From: a virus
Reading direction: 5' to 3' (one strand)
Virus record (IMG/VR): IMGVR_UViG_3300031963_000066
Span: 20,668 to 84,667 of that record
DNA length: 64,000 bases
Positions 28,768-37,300 of the stretch are shown here, one piece after another; within the stretch, counting starts at the first letter, position 1; the number at the start of each line of letters is the position of its first letter. The translations under genes were made by a program, and so were the position numbers. Below the pieces are notes generated by a model. The model saw nothing but the letters and a program-made list of their open reading frames with translations, was not told where the DNA came from and made no database searches.

Positions 28768-29457
28768 TTAGAACGTTCCGCCATCCTTGATTGGGCCATC
28801 AGTACCAATTAAACCTGTTAGGGTTGTTGGTACCACTTCTTTATTTAGCTCATCAATTTTTTTTCTTTTGGAAGGAGGTAGTTGTAAGTAATCAATTTTA
28901 GCAAGTAATTCGTCTATCTTGTTGTTGTATTCACTTTTTTCAGTTTCATGTTTCTGAATCAAACTATTAACATTATTTTCATATTGTACATTTAAAGCAT
29001 TCATTTTAACTTCAAATTCTGAACGAACCTGATTAGTTTCTTCTCTTGCTCTAACTAATTCACCTTTAAATGTTTCCACATGAGTGGCTTGATTCTTAAC
29101 ACTATCATAGTCACGAAATTTAGTAATCAATTCATCAATTTCGGTTCGATGTTTACTGTTTAAGTTGTTAACATCTGCACTTAATTTTGTTACAAGTTTT
29201 TCACTTTCAGATAATTTATTTTCCAATTCTTGAACAGCCTTACTTTGATTTGATTCACTGTTTTCTTTCAAATCTTGAATTGTTTTTTGCAACTCAAGAT
29301 TTGATTTTACTAACGCATCAATCTTTTCAGACTGTTCTTTCACAACTTCATCAGTTATTTTCGCATTCGCTTGCATTGAGATATTTCGAATAACACAATC
29401 TGTCATTGTGCTTGTCAAAGTCTCAACATAATAATTTAAATACTTCTCATTTGCCAT
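28768..29457 (-). CDS. Coiled-coil protein ending in DGGTF
   Basis: Long K/E/L heptad pattern; AGGAG RBS. Confidence 0.7.
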   Translation of the reverse strand: MANEKYLNYYVETLTSTMTDCVIRNISMQANAKITDEVVKEQSEKIDALVKSNLELQKTIQDLKENSESNQSKAVQELENKLSESEKLVTKLSADVNNLNSKHRTEIDELITKFRDYDSVKNQATHVETFKGELVRAREETNQVRSEFEVKMNALNVQYENNVNSLIQKHETEKSEYNNKIDELLAKIDYLQLPPSKRKKIDELNKEVVPTTLTGLIGTDGPIKDGGTF

Positions 29458-29502
29458 TTCAAACTCCTATCATAAAAAAATCTATTACATTATATAGTCA
29501 GC

Positions 29503-31425
29503 TTAGAATTGTCCTCCGTCTATTGCTGATGACCACACTGGTACACCTGCATCTGTGACTGTAAGAATTTGATTAGACCATGTTTGGTCTGCTGAACCGG
29601 ATGCAGCTGTAACAGCCAACGCATTTGTTCCATCACCGTATACGATACCTTTTGCGGTGAATGTTGCGGCACCTGTACCACCTTGAGCAACAGTCAAACC
29701 AGAAATGTCTGCCGCAGTTGCTGCTGTTACACGACCGTAAGCATCAACAGTCAATGAGGTGATTGTTTTTGCAGCACCCAATGTGCCTGTCAATGAATAA
29801 CCAGCATTAGCGATTGATTGAATTGCACCAGAACCATTACCAATCAACATTAGGCCACTAGTGAATGTTGATACACCAGTACCACCTTGTGTAACTGTTA
29901 GACCAGAAATATCTGCGGCTGTTGCAGCTGATACACGACCATATTCATCTACAGTCAACGATGTGATTGTTTTAGATGCACTTAATGAACCAGTTAATGT
30001 GTAAGTAACATTTGCAAGTTCTGACAAAGCGCCTGTACCATTACCAATAACAACTTTACCTGAAGTAAAAGTAGATTTACCTGTACCACCTTGGTCAACA
30101 TTTAGACCAGCAATTGCTTGGAATGTTGCAGCAGTTGTTCTGCCATATGAGTCAACAGTTACAGAAGTAATGGTGTTATTTTGTGCACCAGCACCTGTTG
30201 CAGTGAATGTACTGTTAGCAAGTACTTTTAGTGAATCGGTACCATCACCAATAACAATACCACCAGCAGTGAATGAACTTGCACCAGTACCACCGTTAGG
30301 TACTGTTAAGTCATCAGTTAGTGTTAATGATTTAAGTGTTGTTGCACCAGCAACATTCAAGGTACCAACTTGTAATACTGCTGCATTTGCCCATTGTGAA
30401 ATCAAATTAGATTTCAAGTTTGCTTGGCGGAAGCTTCCATCTGCAACGTTGATAACGTTACCTGTTGGTTCTATGTTGTAGTTGTCAAACAAATAGAAGA
30501 AACCATCACCTGCGTGGCGGAACAAACCGGCATGTCGGTCTGCACCATCATTGTAATGGCCGTAGAAACCAATATCGACTGCATCTGATGCATTGTTTTT
30601 ACCAAGTGCAATCAAGGAGTCTTCGACAGTAAGTGTTTCAACGTTGTATGTTGTTGATGTACCTAAGATGGACAAGTTACCACTGATGATAATGTTACCA
30701 TCAATTGTTTGTGTTAAACTAGCAGTATTTGCACGAACGACCGTGTTATCAACGTCAATAGTAACTGTATTATCTGTTACAGTTGATGTAAGGCCTGCAC
30801 CGCCAGAAATTGTAAATGTGTCGGTTGCTAGATTAACAACATCAGCTGTACCAGAATCAGCTGCAACAGTCAATGCAGTTGAGATTGTTGACGAATTTGC
30901 AATCGTCATAACACGGCCGTTTGCAGCTACCTGGATGATAGGTATAACTGTTGAACCACCGTAGAAACCAGGAGTAAGACCAGAAATTGAATTTAGTGCA
31001 GCACTTAATGTTGCGTTTGCAGTACCATTAAACAACTGTGCAGATGCGGTAATGTCACCACCAGTAACATCAATATATCTGTCTGTTTGGAATTGAGTTG
31101 CAGAGTTTGCGTTACCTGAGAAAAAGGTAGTACTTAATGTACCGCCATCAGAGAAACTAAGACTTCTAACGTTTGCATGACCAACAGCAATATTACCTGT
31201 TACACTTCGTTGAACAAGTGTGCCTCCAGTATTTGAACTGGTTGCAGCATCAATTGTTGATGTGTAGTATTGTCCACCAATATTAACAACACCTGTACCA
31301 GCAGGTGAGCCAATAAACATGGTATTGGATTGATATGAATAAGCTAATTCACCCGCTTGTAGACTGGCTGGTACGCCTGTGGTAAGGGAACGTCTAATTC
31401 TTAGTGTTGTATTTGCGCCTGCCAT
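29503..31425 (-). CDS. Tail fibre segment (640 aa)
   Basis: GELA N-terminal domain; repeated TITSxTVDxYGRxTAA and VxQGGTG units; ends IDGGQF; AATAAATA at 31469-31476. Confidence 0.75.
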   Translation of the reverse strand: MAGANTTLRIRRSLTTGVPASLQAGELAYSYQSNTMFIGSPAGTGVVNIGGQYYTSTIDAATSSNTGGTLVQRSVTGNIAVGHANVRSLSFSDGGTLSTTFFSGNANSATQFQTDRYIDVTGGDITASAQLFNGTANATLSAALNSISGLTPGFYGGSTVIPIIQVAANGRVMTIANSSTISTALTVAADSGTADVVNLATDTFTISGGAGLTSTVTDNTVTIDVDNTVVRANTASLTQTIDGNIIISGNLSILGTSTTYNVETLTVEDSLIALGKNNASDAVDIGFYGHYNDGADRHAGLFRHAGDGFFYLFDNYNIEPTGNVINVADGSFRQANLKSNLISQWANAAVLQVGTLNVAGATTLKSLTLTDDLTVPNGGTGASSFTAGGIVIGDGTDSLKVLANSTFTATGAGAQNNTITSVTVDSYGRTTAATFQAIAGLNVDQGGTGKSTFTSGKVVIGNGTGALSELANVTYTLTGSLSASKTITSLTVDEYGRVSAATAADISGLTVTQGGTGVSTFTSGLMLIGNGSGAIQSIANAGYSLTGTLGAAKTITSLTVDAYGRVTAATAADISGLTVAQGGTGAATFTAKGIVYGDGTNALAVTAASGSADQTWSNQILTVTDAGVPVWSSAIDGGQF

Positions 31426-31474
31426 GTTGTTATCCTTTTTATGTTAAATGGATTTAAATCCTATGATCTATTTA

Positions 31475-31711
31475 TTAAAATGTGCCACCGTCAAAGTCGC
31501 TAACCGTATTTAAAATAGTATTACTAATATATTCTGATCCACCAATGCTAATGATATTGTTGGTCCACAATTGACTTTCCACATTTAATGTGGAACTACC
31601 AATAAAAAGTGTATTGGAAAGAAAAGAGTAAGCTAATTCTCCGTCTGCTAGATTGCCAGGTGCCGTGTTCGCATATGAACGGAGAATCTGTATTGTTGTA
31701 TTAGATGCCAT
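31475..31711 (-). CDS. Minimal GELA-domain protein ending in DGGTF
   Basis: 78 aa; IQILRS...LADGELAYSF; homologous to the N-terminus of the 640-aa protein. Confidence 0.7.
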   Translation of the reverse strand: MASNTTIQILRSYANTAPGNLADGELAYSFLSNTLFIGSSTLNVESQLWTNNIISIGGSEYISNTILNTVSDFDGGTF

Positions 31712-32245
31712 TTAGAAGAACCCTGAATCAGCACCTTGGAAAGCCAAATAAGTTACTGAATTTGCTACTGCGGCCTGAATTGCTGCATCTGAAATTACAC
31801 CACCAACTGTTTGAACAGGCGCAAAACCACCAACCGGTGATACCACAATCGCAATCGGATTAGGATTAATGTCTGTTGGCGCAGCTGCAAATGAAATTGC
31901 ACCAGTTGTCGATTCAGCTTTGATCTGTGTTCCGTCCAAGTCAATTGTATTACCACTTAGATATAGACTTCGGAATTTATTTGTTCTACTGCCAAGGTCA
32001 AACGCTCTGGAAGATGTTGGTAATAGATTTCCGTGTACAGGAGTGTCGGTACCAAGGCCTCTGGCAGAAAATGTTTTGGTTTGTGAGTTATAGACAATTA
32101 CATCACCAGTGTTTGCGCCTTCCAAAGAAAGGTCAGTCAAACTCCTAAGTGTCTTTGTACCATAGGAAAGTGTTTGTACCTTAGTTTTTTGGCCTTCAAC
32201 TCTAACTTTTACGGTTGCAGGTTGTCTGACGGTTACCGTTGGCAT
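31712..32245 (-). CDS. Fibre-module structural protein
   Basis: LRSLTDL, GDVIVYN and FDLGS..KFRSLYLSGNTI fibre motifs; ends DSGFF; AAGGA RBS. Confidence 0.65.
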   Translation of the reverse strand: MPTVTVRQPATVKVRVEGQKTKVQTLSYGTKTLRSLTDLSLEGANTGDVIVYNSQTKTFSARGLGTDTPVHGNLLPTSSRAFDLGSRTNKFRSLYLSGNTIDLDGTQIKAESTTGAISFAAAPTDINPNPIAIVVSPVGGFAPVQTVGGVISDAAIQAAVANSVTYLAFQGADSGFF

Positions 32246-32254
32246 ATTATTCCT

Positions 32255-32596
32255 TTAAAATACTGTAACTTGGGGTAAGACGTTCACAACTCCCTCTAAA
32301 ACCCGTATGACTGTGTTTGAAGAATCTTTGATAATCACATCATACACATAACGGCCAGCAGAAATATTTGCCGTGTTTGCATAAGGTAAAGACAATATTA
32401 TAATGCCTTCTGTTGGATCATTAACTGTTATTACAAAATTAGCGGTTGTGCTACTAGAATAATATGATTTTTTCATGGCAGCTTTTACTTGGCTACCAGT
32501 TAGAGTAAAAGGTGAACCATCAGCTTGATCCAATGTGATGGATGTACTAAAGTTTGAACCTTGTTCTAGAAATAATTCTTGGTAACCAGCTGGCAT
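32255..32596 (-). CDS. Small Ig-like virion structural protein (BppU-N-like)
   Basis: LEQGSNF, GRYVYDVII and RVLEGVVNVLP motifs; has its own late promoter. Confidence 0.65.
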   Translation of the reverse strand: MPAGYQELFLEQGSNFSTSITLDQADGSPFTLTGSQVKAAMKKSYYSSSTTANFVITVNDPTEGIIILSLPYANTANISAGRYVYDVIIKDSSNTVIRVLEGVVNVLPQVTVF

Positions 32597-32616
32597 TGTT
32601 TAACCCCTTTTGGAGG

Positions 32617-32624
32617 TATTTATA
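32617..32624 (-). promoter_or_regulatory. Late promoter TATAAATA
   Basis: Exact consensus 21 nt upstream of the ATG at 32596. Confidence 0.8.
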
Positions 32625-32640
32625 CTCAAAGGAAATGGTA

Positions 32641-32716
32641 AAAAGTAAATTCGCTTTTTGGACTTTTGAATCTGTCGGAGAAAATTCTCGGGCCGGAACG
32701 CAAAAATTCGAAATTT
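32641..32716. repeat. 76-bp non-coding dispersed element, copy A
   Basis: Ungapped match to 54664-54739, 64/76 identical by manual alignment. Confidence 0.9.
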
Positions 32717-32720
32717 GTTG

Positions 32721-33953
32721 TTAAATATTATTTTTCAATTCTTTTACTTCTGCACGTAGTTCTTTAATACCCTCAATCAATAATGGAATTAACTTTTCAT
32801 AGCGTACTGTTAAGTATTTCTCATCAATAGGTGCGGGTACAACAACTCCGCAATCAGGTAATTGATTTTGAACCTGTTGCGCTGATACACCAATTTGACG
32901 CTGTTTTTTATATCCAAGTGATACTGCTAATTCATTTTCTTCGTAATAGAAACCGCTTAGTTCATCAATCTTGTCTAGTGCATTTTCAATTGCACCAAGT
33001 TTAGTTTTTAATCTGTCATCAGAATAATATGCAGTGATGTTATTGGTTGCACGAATTTCACCGTCAGTACCAGATGCCGGGGTGCCTATACCTAATCGTT
33101 TAAACTGTGGTGTATCACCTGTACCAATACCTTGGGGTGGTGAGTAGATAGCGGGGATGACGGGCCTTCCACTCAAATCTCCGTATGCTCCAGATGTTGC
33201 AACAGTTGCTAAACCAGAAACTGAACCGGCAGCAATTGCAATATTTGTTGCAGTTACAGATGTAACCCTACCTTTTGCATCGACATTGATTCTTGGAACC
33301 ACTGAAGCTGTACCGAATAATCCGGTGTTAGTGCCAGCATTACTTAATCTAGCATCTGGTAATGTGCCTGAATCGATATTACTAGCATTTGTTGTATCTT
33401 TGGTTGCCGAGGCTGCAAATGTTGGATAACCAGTGATTTGAGAAGTTGCAATTTGTATTGCAACATTTGATGCTCCGGTGATTCTTCCTTTTGCATCTAC
33501 TGTAACTTGACTGACGCTTGAAGCCGTACCATATGTTGTTGCGCTTACACCAGAATCGGCCAATCTTGCTGCAGCCAATGTACCAGAACCAATATTACCA
33601 GCATTTGTTGTATCTGTGGTTGCCGATGTGGCTAATCCTGAAACTGCACTAGAAGCAATTGCAATTGTAATGTTGGCCACTCCAGTTGCTCTACCTTTTG
33701 CATCCACTATAATTCTTGGTACAATACTTGCACTTCCATATGAACCTGATGTAGCACCAGTATCAGGCAACCTTGCATCAGCCAGTGTGCCACTAGTAAT
33801 TTGAGATGTAGATATATCAATAGTAGTATTGGTGACACCAGTAATTCTACCTTGTGGATCAACAACTATAACTGGTATTGCGGCACCAGTACCATGTGTA
33901 GCCGCTACAACAGCCGTATTTTCTAGAACTGATGGCGTAATCTTTGTTGTCAT
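32721..33953 (-). CDS. Tail fibre with C-terminal intramolecular chaperone (peptidase S74-like)
   Basis: Four VDxxGRxT repeats; ITAYYSDDRLK autocleavage motif; GVSAQQV and VRYEKLIPLLIEGIKEL. Confidence 0.85.
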   Translation of the reverse strand: MTTKITPSVLENTAVVAATHGTGAAIPVIVVDPQGRITGVTNTTIDISTSQITSGTLADARLPDTGATSGSYGSASIVPRIIVDAKGRATGVANITIAIASSAVSGLATSATTDTTNAGNIGSGTLAAARLADSGVSATTYGTASSVSQVTVDAKGRITGASNVAIQIATSQITGYPTFAASATKDTTNASNIDSGTLPDARLSNAGTNTGLFGTASVVPRINVDAKGRVTSVTATNIAIAAGSVSGLATVATSGAYGDLSGRPVIPAIYSPPQGIGTGDTPQFKRLGIGTPASGTDGEIRATNNITAYYSDDRLKTKLGAIENALDKIDELSGFYYEENELAVSLGYKKQRQIGVSAQQVQNQLPDCGVVVPAPIDEKYLTVRYEKLIPLLIEGIKELRAEVKELKNNI

Positions 33954-33971
33954 TTATTTTGCCTTTTTATT

Positions 33972-34277
33972 TCATGCATTTTTGTTTTCATCCAACACAT
34001 TTTCATAAAAATGTACATTTTCATTGGATTCAAAATTTATTTTTTGAGGATTAAATTTGTCAATTATTTGTTGATATAAAGGATGACTTGGTTCGACATT
34101 AATGATTTGAATAACGTCATTCGGTGTTATATTTTTTCCTTTTTCCAATTCATCCGCAACAATACGATCTTCAGGCAAAGCGTTTGCTTTAACATAGGCT
34201 CGTATAGTGTTATGTGGAAATTTCGAACTATGTTGAATATAATCTACTTGTAAAATTTTATTGATTGAAAGTGTCAT
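33972..34277 (-). CDS. Hypothetical protein (101 aa), possible fibre accessory
   Basis: GGAG RBS; lies between two fibre genes. Confidence 0.55.
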   Translation of the reverse strand: MTLSINKILQVDYIQHSSKFPHNTIRAYVKANALPEDRIVADELEKGKNITPNDVIQIINVEPSHPLYQQIIDKFNPQKINFESNENVHFYENVLDENKNA

Positions 34278-34309
34278 TTATTTTGCTCCATTAAAAATTA
34301 AGTTTCAAC

Positions 34310-37300
34310 TTATGTACCAACTTTATATGCCATAAATCTCACACTACCTCCAGCATACCAATATCCTGCGGGCCCGCCGTTAGCATATGCTCTCCACTCA
34401 TTATTAACGTCAGGTCCTATTTTATAAACATGTTTGTTTGTGGCACTTGGATTAGTTCCATCATTTCTCCAGCCAAGAACACTGTCCATATAATATCCTC
34501 TACCGGAAGCCGCATTGGCCTCCGTCATAAAATGAGTACCTGCCCTAAAATAATCATTAGCAAATTTCATTGTAACTCTGACGTTATTACCTGCAGCTAG
34601 ATAATATGGTGTTTTTTGGCTACCTAACGCCGCCCAAGTGGTGTCCTCGTTAGACCAATGCCAATAACCATAAGGTCCGTATGTTTGAAATGGTCTTGCT
34701 GCATAATAGACACTACCGTCAGCTGGCATATAATTAACTGTATCATAATTTTGTGTTGTTAATTTAATTAATCTCCAAACATTATCAACAAGAACTTCAA
34801 CGACCAACCATAGATAAGTGGTACCGCTTGCCCACATACTGGAATTTAATCTTTGTCCTCGATAGAACATATCTGGTTCGGTTATGTTCCACCAACCTGC
34901 GCTAGGAATATTTAAATATTGAACCGTATTCCAACCACCGCCGCCTGCGCCTGTACTAGTATAAGTAACACCACCAACTGATCCCATTCCAAACGATTCT
35001 GCATAAGTAAAGTATGCTGTGCCTTGAGTAACATTTGATGCTGAACCAGCAGTTGTGGCGTATCCAGCATTTCCAGCACTTGATGCATATCCAGCATTTC
35101 CAGCATATCCAGCACTTCCAGCATAAGTGGCATTTCCAGCACTTCCAGCATAACCAACACTCAACGATCCTGTTTGATATGAACGCAAGTAACTATCACT
35201 ACCGTTTGTACCCCAAACTCTTGGTGGGTTGCTAGCATTATTTTCGTCACCATTACTTGAATTAATGTAACCTGTTTGTAAATAACCGCTTGCATCAGTT
35301 CTTACAATTTTGTTTGCTTCATTGTTTCTATTTGCATGTACATTTAATCCAGCAACAGTTGTTGAATTTCCAGCACTTGTAGCATAACCTGCACTTGTAG
35401 CAGAACCAGCACTTGTAGCATAAGAAACAGACTGTGAACCAATGTTGGTGCTGTTGATATATGTTACCCAGCCACCATAATTACCATTTTGTATATTTCT
35501 GGTTCTAAGTAAATTAGCATTGTCTTCCCAACCCCATGCAACCTGAACACCCCATAAATTAGATGCATTTGTGTGGCGCATGTTCTGTTGGAACCACCAA
35601 CTTCCACCTGGACCACCAGTTGAGCTTCCTGATGAAGTATCACCACGAAGAACTGTACTTCCGGCCGGAGCGTGTGAGAAATCTGTATTCCAATTGGAAT
35701 TGAAACCCATTGTTATGTTATTTGCATAAGTAGAATTCGTAGCAAATGCAGAAGTGATATTCCAATTTCCAGAAGCACCAGTGCCTGTTAATGTTGGTGC
35801 ATACGAATTATAGTTACCAGAATCTAGTATAACATAAGAAGCGCCGCCTCGACTCCATCCGCCAGTTCTTAATTGGTTATCGGTACCAAGTCCAAAATTA
35901 ATTGCATATAATCCAGGTCTGTGAAAAGACATGGCCGCAGCACCAGCGCCTTGTGATTGAACTTGTGGTCCTAAATGGCCAACATAAGAAACATCTTGGC
36001 CAGACACAGTATAACCTAAATCTCCAGCAGTACTAATAAGATTATTAGCACTATCAGCAATTCCGTTAATATTCACACCTGTCAGTCTTTGGAATCCAGT
36101 TGCACGATTCAATGCAATAGAAGTTGTACCAATAAAGTGTGATGAATTGCCTAGTATAGTACTTGAAATTGTACCACCAGATAATTTATCTGCATTTAAT
36201 GATGTTAACCAAGCAGGATTTGCATAACTTCCTGTTGAATACAATCCATTTGTTACTGTACCTGCATTACCGGTTATACTGTGTGAGAATGTCCAATTAG
36301 AGTTTGCTAGATTGTGTACATATGATCCAGTTGCTAGTGAAGTATTTGCAGTAGCTTTGTCTATTGTTTGACCAATAACTTGACCAGTAAATGTGCCGCC
36401 AGTTTTTGGCATCTTACCAGATTCCAAACCATCAATTGCAGACTGAATGGTGCCTGTTGTAAGAGCACCTGTTGCTGGACCATATACAATGTTATTTGCA
36501 AAATATTCATATACTGCATAACCATCTACTTCGATCAATATTTTATCATTATTAACTGGTGCAACAGTCATTGTTACTTTAGAAGTACCGGAATTTAAAG
36601 TGTACTCAGATTCCAATTGGCGAACACCATTAATATATACTCTGACCTGGTTGGCTTGACTGAATGTTGGTGTCGTATATTGTGTTGTTGAACCATCTCC
36701 AGTATATGACAATCTATTTGATGTGATTCTGGTACCAGGCTGTGTACCTGCACCACCTGCACCCGCAGCAGTCCAATAAAAGTTACCTGTACCACCAGTT
36801 GCAAGAACATAACCTGAAGTTCCACTTGCTGTACCGGTAGCAGCTGCAACCAATGTATTGAAGGCTGATGCTGCCGATGTTGAACCAGTACCACCAGATG
36901 ATGTTGACAAAGGAGTTCCTGTTACTGTCAATCCAGTAAATGATGGACTTGCGGTTGTTTGCAAATCTTGTGATGTACTAATTGCCAATGTGTTTGCAGT
37001 AACTGAATGTATTGCAATGCCGTTATTAGATGTTAAGGTTAATGATGCACTTGTTGGTGATATTGAACCTCTTGTTCCTTTAATCTCAGCAGTTGCAGCA
37101 TTAGCTTTACCGAAAGCCGCATTAGCCTGTGCAAACGCAGGCGCAATTTGTGGAGCAACGTTGTTGGCCGAAGCAAAAGCAGAATTGGCATAAGATGATG
37201 CTGAGTTGGCAGCACCAAATGCACCGTTAGCATAGAGACTTGCAGAGTTAGCTGTACGAAATGCACCGTTAGCATACAATGATGCGGAATCTGAACGACT

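Noticed and set aside
31450-31461. 12-bp palindrome ggatttaaatcc in the leader of the 640-aa gene
   Set aside because: Single, AT-rich and short; it could be a leader hairpin or operator but there is no supporting second copy.
32641-32716. 76-bp element as an ordinary rho-independent terminator or tRNA
   Set aside because: No strong GC stem followed by a U-tract on the coding strand and no cloverleaf or T-loop/anticodon layout; conservation extends over three separate blocks.
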